A stretch of 64,000 bases of DNA from assembly GCA_041674105.1 (NCBI GenBank), contig JBAYWK010000002.1:79411-143410 (forward strand), read 5' to 3'. Below, in pieces: positions 10,174 to 19,017 of the stretch. The notes under the pieces are model-generated. The model did no database searches. It was given only the letters and a program-made list of their open reading frames with translations, and had not been told where the DNA came from. Within the stretch, counting starts at the first letter, position 1. Each line of letters begins with the position of its first letter. Made by a program: the position numbers and the translations under genes. Source of the DNA: Minisyncoccota bacterium (GTDB taxonomy: Bacteria > Patescibacteriota > Minisyncoccia > Phycocordibacterales > DATDWN01).

Positions 10174-10668
10174 TTAAATTATTTTTCCCCTTAACTCCAG
10201 TGCTCTTTCTATTATCCTATCTCCAATCTCACCCCAATCGAAATATTGTTTGTAATCTTTCGGATCTATTAGTTTTATTTCGGTAATACTTCCATCTGGG
10301 TCAGAAATGAAATCTCCATAAGGTTCCACTATGCAAACATAACGTAGTTGATTAAATATCTTTCCGTCAAAATGAACCTCTTGATATCCAATTGGTGCGA
10401 ATGAAAGAACTCTCATATTCGATTCTTCCTGAATTTCTCTTTTTAGACACTCTTCAAAAGTTTCTCCCTCTTCAATACTCCCGCCTGGTAAAATCCAGTG
10501 ACCACCGCCCTTGATACTGTAGACGACTACAATTTTATCACCAACAAAACAGACCCCGTATGTTTGCGTTACTTTTTTATCTAGAAGGTGGTCAAACGAA
10601 TCAGCGTCTTCATAGATTACTTCTGCTAACTTACCTTCTTTATCTGTAAATTGTGATTTTATTTGCAT
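10174..10668 (-). CDS. NUDIX hydrolase (paralog 2, tandem duplicate)
   Basis: Nudix box GGSIEEGETFEECLKREIQEESNM; N- and C-termini co-linear with paralog 1 (MxIKSQF..., ...EIKLxDPKDYxQYxxWGEIGD). Confidence 0.8.
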   Translation of the reverse strand: MQIKSQFTDKEGKLAEVIYEDADSFDHLLDKKVTQTYGVCFVGDKIVVVYSIKGGGHWILPGGSIEEGETFEECLKREIQEESNMRVLSFAPIGYQEVHFDGKIFNQLRYVCIVEPYGDFISDPDGSITEIKLIDPKDYKQYFDWGEIGDRIIERALELRGKII

Positions 10669-10721
10669 AAGTAATTATTTAAACTATACCAGTTTTGGTT
10701 CGATTTTTAAAGACAAAGAAA

Positions 10722-10750
10722 AAGCACCTGATTCAGGTGCTTTTTCTTTC
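10722..10750 (-). terminator. rho-independent terminator
   Basis: AAAAAGCACCTGA-TTC-AGGTGCTTTTTC perfect hairpin with flanking A/T tracts. Confidence 0.55.
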
Positions 10751-10826
10751 TTGAATACTGCTCTCAGCAGGTATGCAATGGTGGAATAGGTACTTGAGCC
10801 ATTTCGAGTCTCCTCGGAGTCCGAAA

Positions 10827-10865
10827 CTATCTCAAGCTAGCTGGACGTCATGGACAATATCCGAA
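10827..10865 (+). repeat. 36-bp direct repeat, copy 1 (left boundary of Mrr islet)
   Basis: TCTCCTCGGAGTCCGAAACTATCTCAAGCT(A)GCTG; 30 of 30 core identity to copy at 14343-14380. Confidence 0.8.
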
Positions 10866-10931
10866 TGATTTTAATATAGAAAAAGACTAATCTTAAAAGA
10901 CAGTCTTTTTCCTTAAAAACTAGATTACTAA

Positions 10932-11210
10932 CTAAATATTAGACGACATCCAATCTGTTACTTCTTTTGAAATACCTATTGTTGCCCAATCCAAAACATT
11001 TATATCTAGAATCAAAATACCATCATTTTGATCTATAATAGCTTTAATCTCATTTCTTATAACCTCAGTACTCTTGTCTGTTTTAACAAACCAAAGAGAT
11101 TTTAAGGGTTTAGACCAGTAATAAAAGCTTTTTATATAGTTTATAATCCTATTATAATCAGAAGGAGTTTCAGGAACTCTTAGATCATAAGATATTAAAA
11201 CTGTATTCAT
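10932..11210 (-). CDS. hypothetical small protein
   Basis: 92-aa ORF inside the repeat-bounded islet; no confident family assignment. Confidence 0.35.
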   Translation of the reverse strand: MNTVLISYDLRVPETPSDYNRIINYIKSFYYWSKPLKSLWFVKTDKSTEVIRNEIKAIIDQNDGILILDINVLDWATIGISKEVTDWMSSNI

Positions 11211-11672
11211 ATTTATGCTGTTGTGTGGAACTTATCCACATTTTTTTTTGAGTTATCCAATAGTATTTAGTAAACTAAATACTATTGAAACCTTTCGACC
11301 AGATAAATACATCTTGTTGAAGGATTTTTAATAAATTTTTCTTGAAAAAGGTTGGGACCAAAAGGTCTTAGCCTTTTTCATTACCTATTTTACTCTAAAA
11401 CTTTACGAAAAAACTGTGGATAACATTCATTTCAAACTTCATGGAATAAATTCTTTAAAGTGTAAAGATTGGACAGAGAAAAGTTAAGTAATGGTCTCAT
11501 TTTAAAGTTATTTTTTTGTAAAAATAACTTTATCTCCAATTTTTATTCTAAATTTATAATTTATAACCAAATAAAGCATGTACAGACATCCTGTCCGCTG
11601 CTCGCCCTACGGAGCTTCATATTCACAATGAAATATGTGGATATGAAGGGGCGAAGGATGTCCTGTACATGC

Positions 11673-12164
11673 TTATATTAAATTAGATATTGTTTCTTTT
11701 ACGGCCTCCTCGAAACTATCCCCTACTTTTATAAACTCAAGTGGTAGATTTGCTTCTTTAAACATTTGTTCTATTTGTGTATCTCTTTCAATACGATCTG
11801 GTCTATTATGAGATCCCCCATTTATTTCTAGAGCCAATACAGGATTAAAATACTTATCACATACCAGAAAATCAACATGCTTTGGTAAAATCTTATTTCT
11901 CATTTTGTAATAATCATGCCCATTCGGTACATCCAAAATATCAGCTATACGCATCTTTGGAAAAATATAATAATCTTCTGGTAATTGTTTTTTAAGTTCA
12001 AAGAAAAAAGCAGATTCACTCTGATTCATTACACTATATTTTTTCTTATAACTAGGACCTTTAGAAATACCTTCTGTTTTAATTTTCTTAAACCAGTTTA
12101 GATCTTTCAACAAACCTATACCGAGAAGTATTCCTATAAAAATGAAAATTGGTAGTATGTTCAT
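11673..12164 (-). CDS. DUF2726-like protein with N-terminal TM anchor (restriction-endonuclease-like fold)
   Basis: 163 aa; VDFLVCDKYFNPVLALEINGGSHNRPDRIERD matches DUF2726 core; 2-nt gap to upstream mrr. Confidence 0.55.
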   Translation of the reverse strand: MNILPIFIFIGILLGIGLLKDLNWFKKIKTEGISKGPSYKKKYSVMNQSESAFFFELKKQLPEDYYIFPKMRIADILDVPNGHDYYKMRNKILPKHVDFLVCDKYFNPVLALEINGGSHNRPDRIERDTQIEQMFKEANLPLEFIKVGDSFEEAVKETISNLI

Positions 12165-12166
12165 AA

Positions 12167-13060
12167 TTAGATTTCTTCAAAAAAATCTGTATCTATTTCT
12201 TTAAGTTCGTATAGGTTAGCACTTTGAATTCCAACATTGTACTTGATCATAAGATCAGTAAGTTGTTCTCCGTCAATAAGAACAATCTTGTGACTTGCAC
12301 CTTTTGCTTTTTTAATAGCAGAATCATCAAAAGATGAAGTTGTTACAAAAATTCCTTTACTAGCGTCTGAACTCATTGCTCCTATAAAATTTCTTATTTC
12401 CGGCTCTCTAACTTTGTGAGTATCAGCAAATCTTTTAGCTTGAATATAAATTTTTTCTAATCCTAGGCTATCCTGACTTATAACACCATCTACACCGCCA
12501 TCACCGGATTTTGGAGTTTCTTGAAAATCTCCGTACCCCATTTTTTGAAATAAAATCAGAGCAACACGTTCAAAGAAATAAGGATTACTTCCTTGTAATT
12601 TTTCTAATAAGTCACTTTTTAAAGCATCAGAAAATCTCTTAAAACCCTGATCTATCATGTCTTGAGGAGAAAACTTTTCAGATAAAACATTATTAACTTC
12701 TTCAGCGGTTTTTTTATTTCCTTCTGAAAAGAAAATGAAGGAAGGGTACTTTTTTAGAAAATTGACATCTATTTTCTTTACACCAGAAGATAGAACATTT
12801 AGTCCCTCTTCTGTTATTTTAAGATCTGAACCTTTTGATTCTTGTGAAATCAAACCGGCTTTTTTTAGATATGTCCTGCCCCAAGAAACACGATCAAAAA
12901 ATCTAGAATAACCATTCGAGACAGTTTCTTTTTTCTCTTCTTCGGTAAGATTATATTCTTTCTCTAAAATCTCACTAACATCTCTAATTTGGCGAGATTT
13001 TTTGTCGCCTAAAACATTTAGAATTGGAAACATTAATTCATCAAATTTGGGCATGGACAT
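12167..13060 (-). CDS. mrr: Mrr-type restriction endonuclease (modification-dependent)
   Basis: 297 aa; N-terminal winged-helix-like region, C-terminal Mrr_cat motifs GDGGVDGVI ... IYIQAKR. Confidence 0.75.
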   Translation of the reverse strand: MSMPKFDELMFPILNVLGDKKSRQIRDVSEILEKEYNLTEEEKKETVSNGYSRFFDRVSWGRTYLKKAGLISQESKGSDLKITEEGLNVLSSGVKKIDVNFLKKYPSFIFFSEGNKKTAEEVNNVLSEKFSPQDMIDQGFKRFSDALKSDLLEKLQGSNPYFFERVALILFQKMGYGDFQETPKSGDGGVDGVISQDSLGLEKIYIQAKRFADTHKVREPEIRNFIGAMSSDASKGIFVTTSSFDDSAIKKAKGASHKIVLIDGEQLTDLMIKYNVGIQSANLYELKEIDTDFFEEI

Positions 13061-13095
13061 ATATTTACATTACTTTTACGGATTATTTCACTTTT

Positions 13096-13389
13096 TTAAC
13101 CATTTGTCCACCAAGCACCTATTCTAGAACTAATTACTGTAAAAAATCCAATGACCAATAAAGACAAACCGAATCCAACAGATTTACCTAGGACAAAAAG
13201 ACCTAGAACAGTTAATCCTACACCCCACAGATACTGTCTTTTCCATTTTTTGTTTGTCCTTTCTATTTCTACTTTTTTTGTAATAACTTGAGATTCTATT
13301 CTAGAACTCATAGGATTACCACAATGAGGACAAGATTCTGCTTTATCTGAGATTTCCCTTTCACACTCACTACACTTTATTAGAGCCAT
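13096..13389 (-). CDS. zinc-ribbon domain membrane protein
   Basis: CxxC...CxxC (CSECE...CPHCG) followed by two hydrophobic helices. Confidence 0.45.
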   Translation of the reverse strand: MALIKCSECEREISDKAESCPHCGNPMSSRIESQVITKKVEIERTNKKWKRQYLWGVGLTVLGLFVLGKSVGFGLSLLVIGFFTVISSRIGAWWTNG

Positions 13390-13520
13390 AAATTTAAATA
13401 AAACTTATAATTTATGTGCTAACTATAGTATGTAGAATCAAAGTTGGCAATTATAATATACACACTGAATGAAATCTTTCTGTAATCAAAATTCTATCTT
13501 TTACTAACCTCTTCGGACAT

Positions 13521-14069
13521 CTAACGAGCAACGATTTCAAGCACCCTTTCCTTGGGGACTGTAATTGAACTACAAATAGTTTCTTTTTCAACAATATAAT
13601 TAGTAATTATTTTCTTTCCGTCTGGCCCTGTATCATAATTATAACCAACTTCTCTTTGTAATTTGCATTTATTACCTGGATCTAAGTAAAGATAGTCTTT
13701 ACCGTCTAAAATTAGTGTATATAGCCCGAAACAAACATTCTCCTTGTCACAAGTATCTTGCGGCGCAAGAGCAGGCCCATTGTAAATGATAGTTGCTGGT
13801 ACCGAATTAGTGATTACTCGATAACTTAAACCTTGCTTTGCTGAATCAAAGGCAGCCCAACGAGGAAGAAAGAATGCAATAAACACAAATGCCGTCACAA
13901 TCAATATGGTTCTAAAGATGTTTCTGTATATAACTATCTTTAAACATATTTGGAAGTATTTGCCATTTATTTTAGATAAAATATTCCAATATTTTGAAAA
14001 CTCCTTATATAAAAATTTAGAAACAACGAATATGAACGAAAGTGTAAATGAATAAACTATAAAGTCCAA
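13521..14069 (-). CDS. multi-pass membrane protein, apparently 5'-truncated (reading frame open upstream to 14363 without a start codon)
   Basis: frame continues as ...FLTKWAPLLIFFVIILYWEGYVFLSYYFYSKYG... up to a stop inside the 36-bp repeat at 14364-14366; no ATG/GTG/TTG in that stretch. Confidence 0.4.
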   Translation of the reverse strand: MDFIVYSFTLSFIFVVSKFLYKEFSKYWNILSKINGKYFQICLKIVIYRNIFRTILIVTAFVFIAFFLPRWAAFDSAKQGLSYRVITNSVPATIIYNGPALAPQDTCDKENVCFGLYTLILDGKDYLYLDPGNKCKLQREVGYNYDTGPDGKKIITNYIVEKETICSSITVPKERVLEIVAR

Positions 14070-14342
14070 AAATAGTTGTCTTGATTCAGAACCAAGAAAC
14101 CATCCTTTAAAAAAATCAAATATTGTGAGCTGCTTTGCAAACCATGTTAGTGCGACCAGGAAAGTATTAACCCCTGATAGTAAAATTTCCTGAAATAAAA
14201 AATCACCTAGATTAACTGGGACACCATATTTGCTATAAAAATAATAGGATAAGAATACATAGCCTTCCCAATAAAGAATAATGACGAAGAAAATAAGGAG
14301 TGGAGCCCATTTGGTGAGAAAGTCTGTAAGGTTATTTTCTTT

Positions 14343-14380
14343 GACTCTCCTCGGAGTCCGAAACTATCTCAAGCTGGCTG
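14343..14380 (+). repeat. 36-bp direct repeat, copy 2 (right boundary of Mrr islet)
   Basis: same sequence as 10827-10865. Confidence 0.8.
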
Positions 14381-14395
14381 CCCGACAAGGATCGT
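14377..14395 (-). repeat. displaced partial copy of tRNA-Gln 3' end
   Basis: minus-strand GATCCTTGTCGGGCAGCC vs tRNA-Gln 3' end GAGTCCTTGTCGGGCAG. Confidence 0.7.
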
Positions 14396-14560
14396 GATTA
14401 CACTTCTCTCCCTCGCCTCTCAAGTTTGCCGTCGCAAACTTTCGGGCTGGGCACCGACTCACGTCTTGGTTTTGCTAAAGCAAGAATCGCTCCGTCGTTC
14501 GAGTCCTTGTCGCAAAACATGTTTTGCTTCGGACATCAAAAACAGCTTCGCTGTTTTTTG
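14396..14560 (-). repeat. tRNA-trailing structured mini-element (family B-like) downstream of tRNA-Gln
   Basis: contains hairpin AAGTTTG-CGACGG-CAAACTT and an inverted copy of the tRNA T-arm (GCGACAAGGACTCGAACG). Confidence 0.55.
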
Positions 14561-14631
14561 CTGCCCGACAAGGACTCGAACCTCGATACCTTGGACCAAA
14601 ACCAAGTGTCCTACCATTAGACGATCGGGCA
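14561..14631 (-). tRNA. tRNA-Gln (anticodon TTG)
   Basis: UGCCCGA acceptor with U1-A72, D-arm CGTCTAATGGTAGGAC, anticodon loop TTTTGGT, T-arm GAGGTTCGAGTCCTTG. Confidence 0.8.
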
Positions 14632-14922
14632 ATACATATTTATTTTTACTACATTTATTTTTATTCTAAAGGTATCGATACCTTGGACGCTTTTGGACTA
14701 TTTGCCAAGTGTCCTACTACAGCTCCGCAAAGCTACGCTGCACTGCGATTTCAAGAGATTGAGTACAATCTAAGAAATCGGGAGCATTAGACCTGTTTGC
14801 GCAAGCAAACGATCGGGCAATATTTAAAATAAATGACAAGAGCAGTATAGCAGATTATAAAAATTTTTTCTATTCCAAAAAAAACTGTTATAATCAATAT
14901 CTTATTTTTAACAAACTTAGAT

Positions 14923-16665
14923 ATGAAATTGCTTTTCTCTTATATAAAAAAACAGAAAAAGGTTTTGTCCCTAGCCCTCATACTCGCCGTCATAAACCAA
15001 GTCTTTTCACTTCTTGACCCTCAAATATTCCGGATGATAGTGGACAACTATGCTACCAAGATCGCTTCCTTATCTACTGCGGAATTTGTGCAGGGAATAA
15101 TATTGCTTCTACTTTTGTCTATGGGTGTAGCTTTAGTTTCTAGAATAGCCAAAAGCTTTCAAGACTACTACGTAAGTACGGTTACCCAGAGAGTTGGGGC
15201 CGACCTGTATTCACACAGTATCACTCACTCTTTTTCTCTCCCCTACGCAGCTTTTGAAGACCAGAGGTCTGGAGAGTTGTTAATGAAATTGCAGAAAGCT
15301 AGAACCGATGTTCAAGGTTTGATTACAAGTTTTGTTGGTGTAATTTTCCTAACATCTGTTGGAATGATATTTGTGGTTACTTATGCTTTTTTAGTTAACT
15401 GGATTATAGGATTAGTTTATCTTCTCATTATACCAACAGTCGGTTCAGCTCAGTTTTTTCTTTCAAAAAGAATTAAAGCTACTCAAAAACAAATTGTTAC
15501 AGAAACAGCTTCTTTAGCTGGGTCTACAACCGAGACAATGCGAAATGTAGAACTAGTCAAAAGCCTAGGTCTTGAAGAACAGGAAACAGAAAGATTGAAT
15601 AATGTTAATGAACAAATCCTCTCACTAGAATTAAAGAAAATTAAGTTAATTCGTATGTTGTCTTTTGTACAAGGAACAATGATAAATGCTGTCCGTTCTG
15701 CATTGTTGTTTTTGATGATGTGGCTCATATTTGAAAGAGCTATTACCTTTGGTCAATTTTTTAGTTTGTACATATATCTATTCTTTATATTTGGACCATT
15801 GGCAGAACTTGGGTCAATAGCAAACTCATATCAGGAAACAAAAGCTAGTATGGAAAAACTTCAAGAAATCTTGGAGATAAAACCACAAGAGAAACCAAAA
15901 AATCCGATAAAAATAGGTGTTATTGATTCTATAAAATTTGAAGATATAAAATTTACATACACAGAAGGTAGAGAGCCTTCTGTAGAAAATATCTCTCTAA
16001 ATATTTTTAAAGGTGAGACTGTGGCTTTTGTTGGACCTTCTGGAGCTGGTAAAACGACTATGGTCAAACTGCTTTTGGGTCTCTATGAGCCCTTAGATGG
16101 AAAAATTCTAATTAGTGGAACAGATTCAAAAGAAATTGATTATGATGAGGTACGAAGACGCATTGGATATGTGTCCCAAGATACACAACTTTTTGCCGGG
16201 ACGATTAGGGAGAACTTGTTGTTCGTAAACCCAGAGGCCACAGACGAAGAATGTCTTCTGGCCCTAAGAAACTCTTCTGCTATGCCAATAATAGACAAGG
16301 AAGGCAAAGGGCTGGATACAAAAATTGGTGAGGGAGGTGTTAGAATTTCTGGAGGAGAAAAACAAAGACTTGCCATAGCTCGTGCCCTACTCAGAAAACC
16401 AGACCTAATTATTTTTGATGAAGCTACTTCTAGCCTTGATTCAATAACAGAAAAAGAAATTACTAAAACAATAAAAGAGATTACCAAACTTCATCCAGAA
16501 TTGATCACCGTTATGATCGCTCACAGACTTTCTACAATATCTCACTCAGATAAAATATTTGTTATGGAAAAAGGTAAATTGAGCGAAGAAGGAAAACACC
16601 AAGAACTTTTGGAAAAAAGAGGTCTTTATGCTGCCCTGTGGAGAGAACAAGAAGCCTCCCTTTAA
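14923..16665 (+). CDS. ABC transporter, fused permease/ATP-binding protein (MsbA-like exporter)
   Basis: 6-TM N-terminal half; Walker A GPSGAGKTT, signature ISGGEKQRLAIARALL, Walker B IIFDEATSSLD. Confidence 0.85.
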   Translation: MKLLFSYIKKQKKVLSLALILAVINQVFSLLDPQIFRMIVDNYATKIASLSTAEFVQGIILLLLLSMGVALVSRIAKSFQDYYVSTVTQRVGADLYSHSITHSFSLPYAAFEDQRSGELLMKLQKARTDVQGLITSFVGVIFLTSVGMIFVVTYAFLVNWIIGLVYLLIIPTVGSAQFFLSKRIKATQKQIVTETASLAGSTTETMRNVELVKSLGLEEQETERLNNVNEQILSLELKKIKLIRMLSFVQGTMINAVRSALLFLMMWLIFERAITFGQFFSLYIYLFFIFGPLAELGSIANSYQETKASMEKLQEILEIKPQEKPKNPIKIGVIDSIKFEDIKFTYTEGREPSVENISLNIFKGETVAFVGPSGAGKTTMVKLLLGLYEPLDGKILISGTDSKEIDYDEVRRRIGYVSQDTQLFAGTIRENLLFVNPEATDEECLLALRNSSAMPIIDKEGKGLDTKIGEGGVRISGGEKQRLAIARALLRKPDLIIFDEATSSLDSITEKEITKTIKEITKLHPELITVMIAHRLSTISHSDKIFVMEKGKLSEEGKHQELLEKRGLYAALWREQEASL

Positions 16666-16673
16666 AAAAAGAC

Positions 16674-17711
16674 TTATGTCTTTTTTATTATGTTTATTAA
16701 AGCAATTTCTAGAGGAAGTGATGGTATGTAAGCTCCCTTTGTATTTTCGTAGGCAGTTAAAAGCTCTACTAAAACACTAGATGTAAACTTGTCTTTTGAT
16801 TTTGACATTTCTTTTGCAAAATCAAATTGGTTTTGACTGATTTCATTTTTTACTACGTTTTCTTCACCAAAAGAAAGAAGCATAACAGCTCTAGTTATAT
16901 GTAAAATTAATTTTAGAAAAACAGAAATATCTATATTTTGAGAAACAGCCTCTTTGACTACAGAAAGGGCAGAAGAAAGATCTGCCTTTGCTATAGCAGA
17001 AACTACTCCGTTTACAAGTTCTATAGCTGGAGCACCTGTCACAAGCCTGACTTCGTCTTCTGAAATATTTTTATCTTTTGAAAAAGAAATTATTTTTTGG
17101 ACAATACCTAAAGTATCTCTAAAAGAACCATCACCTAAGAGAGAGACGAGCTCTGCAGAAGAATCTTCTATTTTAAATCCCTCTTTTTTGCAAATATTTT
17201 GAACAGTTTTTTTTAAGACTTCTTGAGTGGGTTTTTTAAAAGTATAAACCTGACAACGGGACAAAACTGTCTCTGGAATTTTGTGAGTCTCTGTAGTGGC
17301 CAATATGAAAATAACATGAGCTGGAGGCTCTTCTAGGGTCTTAAGGAGGGCGTTCCCGGCCTGTTTTGAAAGCATATGAGCTTCATCCAAAATATATACT
17401 TTATATTTTGAATCAAAAGGAAGCGAATGAACTGACTCGTTTATTTCACGAATATCATCTACTCCAGTATGAGAAGCAGCATCTATTTCATAAATATCGT
17501 TTGAGGTTGTACCTATTTCATTTGCAAAAATACGAGCCACACTTGTTTTGCCTATGCCACGAGTGCCGGCAAAAACATAAGCATGAGAAACATCGAGAGA
17601 CTTTACTTGAGCTTCTAAAACCTTGACCACATGGTCTTGACCAATAACATCTTCAAATTTTTTAGGTCTGTATTTTCTATATAGTACTTCGGACATAGAG
17701 AGATTATACAA
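16674..17711 (-). CDS. dnaX: DNA polymerase III subunit gamma/tau (short form)
   Basis: AAA+ motif GTRGIGKTSVARIFA, SRC motif LSRC in VLSRCQVYTF, Walker B ILDEAHML. Confidence 0.85.
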   Translation of the reverse strand: MYNLSMSEVLYRKYRPKKFEDVIGQDHVVKVLEAQVKSLDVSHAYVFAGTRGIGKTSVARIFANEIGTTSNDIYEIDAASHTGVDDIREINESVHSLPFDSKYKVYILDEAHMLSKQAGNALLKTLEEPPAHVIFILATTETHKIPETVLSRCQVYTFKKPTQEVLKKTVQNICKKEGFKIEDSSAELVSLLGDGSFRDTLGIVQKIISFSKDKNISEDEVRLVTGAPAIELVNGVVSAIAKADLSSALSVVKEAVSQNIDISVFLKLILHITRAVMLLSFGEENVVKNEISQNQFDFAKEMSKSKDKFTSSVLVELLTAYENTKGAYIPSLPLEIALINIIKKT

Positions 17712-17721
17712 AAATTTTGAT

Positions 17722-17756
17722 AATAAAAAAAGGGACCAGCTATAAATAGTGGTCCC
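17722..17756 (-). terminator. rho-independent terminator immediately upstream of dnaX
   Basis: minus strand GGGACCACTATTTATAGCTGGTCCC followed by TTTTTTTATTAT. Confidence 0.6.
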
Positions 17757-17891
17757 AAATGTGGGAGGTCGGCTGAGCTACCCTGAAATTAAAATGACGA
17801 AACTGGATCACCTCCTTCCCTCCTAAGGAGAACTCGGATAGCTTCTAAATAAATAGTACTCCCCCTCGACTATAGAGTCAAATGGTTATCC
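17757..17891 (-). ncRNA. candidate small structured ncRNA (SRP RNA/ffs suspected from position upstream of dnaX; not confirmed)
   Basis: 135-nt GC-enriched non-coding stretch bracketed by two minus-strand intrinsic terminators; contains GGGAAGGAGG and GGGGGAG...CTCCC segments that can pair. Confidence 0.3.
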
Positions 17892-17929
17892 ACAATATAA
17901 AAGGGGCCGCACAAAATAAGTACGGCCCC
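17892..17929 (-). terminator. rho-independent terminator downstream of dusB
   Basis: minus strand GGGGCCGTACTTATTTTGTGCGGCCCC followed by TTTTATATT. Confidence 0.6.
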
Positions 17930-18026
17930 TATACGCTCAGTAGAGAAGAGATTCTTGGTGGACTTGTTGCCACCATCCTCCTTTCCTGAAATCTACTATA
18001 CAAATTATAATTTTTAAAAAGTAATG

Positions 18027-18998
18027 TCAAGTTGATTTTAAATATTTATTTATTATTTCCTCTACCTCAAAAGCATCCTTGGTTTCCATAAGTTCCATTC
18101 TCAGCTCTTTTGCTCCATCAAAGCCTGTCACATAAGCTTTGTAATGTTTTTTCATAATAGCAAAACTTTTGTGAGGTAAAAGTTCTTCGTAAAGTTTAGT
18201 GTGCTCTACCAAAACTTTTAGCTTTTCTTCTATAGAAACATCTTCTACTTTTATACTTCTATTAAAACACCAAGGATTTCCAAAAATAGCCCTGCCAAGC
18301 ATTACACCATCACAACCAGTATCTTTTGCTTTTTGTTCTGCATCTTTTATATCCAAAACATCACCATTACCAAAAATTAAAGTTTTACTTTTCATATTAT
18401 CTCTTATCTCCACCGCTCTTTTTATAGTTTCCCACCTTGCTGGAACTTTTGACATCTCTTTTCTAGTACGAGCATGAATTATAATAACAGATGGTTCTGC
18501 TTCTAAAAGAGCGGGGAGCCAAGTTTCCAGCTCATCTTTATTGTAACCAATACGGGTTTTGACTGACACAGGCAAATCTCCTGCTCCCTCTTTCGCAGCT
18601 AAAATCAATTCTTTGGCTAAACTAGGATTTTTAATAAGATTTGCTCCTGCACCTTGTTTTTCAACACTTTTATCTGGGCATCCCATATTTATATCTATTC
18701 CGTCAAAGCCTAGCTCTTGTGCTAGCTCTGCTGACTTTTTCATCATATCTGGATTTGCAGTAAAAAATTGTGCTACGATAGGCCTCTCCTCTTTAGCAAA
18801 AGCTAAGTCTTTTATCAAAGCCTCCCTGCCACCTAAAAAAAGTCCGTCAGCAGAAACAAACTCGGTCCACATTACATCTGGTTTTCCATACTTGGAAATG
18901 ATACGACGAAAAGCTGGGTCTGTAACATCAGCCATTGGAGCCAATACCAAAATTGGCTTATCTTTTTTTTCTTTTTTTAATTCCTGCCAAAAATTCAT
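18027..18998 (-). CDS. dusB: tRNA-dihydrouridine synthase
   Basis: LAPMADVTDPAFRRI N-terminal FMN-binding signature, TIM-barrel Dus family throughout. Confidence 0.85.
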   Translation of the reverse strand: MNFWQELKKEKKDKPILVLAPMADVTDPAFRRIISKYGKPDVMWTEFVSADGLFLGGREALIKDLAFAKEERPIVAQFFTANPDMMKKSAELAQELGFDGIDINMGCPDKSVEKQGAGANLIKNPSLAKELILAAKEGAGDLPVSVKTRIGYNKDELETWLPALLEAEPSVIIIHARTRKEMSKVPARWETIKRAVEIRDNMKSKTLIFGNGDVLDIKDAEQKAKDTGCDGVMLGRAIFGNPWCFNRSIKVEDVSIEEKLKVLVEHTKLYEELLPHKSFAIMKKHYKAYVTGFDGAKELRMELMETKDAFEVEEIINKYLKST

Positions 18999-19017
18999 AC
19001 TAAATAATAGTCTAGAC

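Noticed and set aside
10932-11210. Possible Cas2-like protein
   Set aside because: Only a loose beta-alpha-beta similarity at the N-terminus (VLISYDL...), no SVFEC-type motif, no CRISPR array or other cas genes in the window.
12167-13060. Mrr with a partner methyltransferase (classical R-M system)
   Set aside because: No DNA methyltransferase motifs in neighbouring ORFs; Mrr is modification-dependent and acts alone, and the adjacent partner is DUF2726-like rather than a methylase.
14394-14790. ORFs 14394-14669, 14426-14620, 14524-14790 (+)
   Set aside because: Overlap the minus-strand tRNA-Gln and its trailing element; mutually overlapping frames in GC-rich non-coding sequence.
17790-17812. 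GGATCACCTCCTT, identical to the 16S rRNA 3' terminus (anti-Shine-Dalgarno)
   Set aside because: Isolated 13-mer within the candidate ncRNA on the opposite strand to the one that would be transcribed; no surrounding rRNA-like sequence, so not an rRNA fragment.
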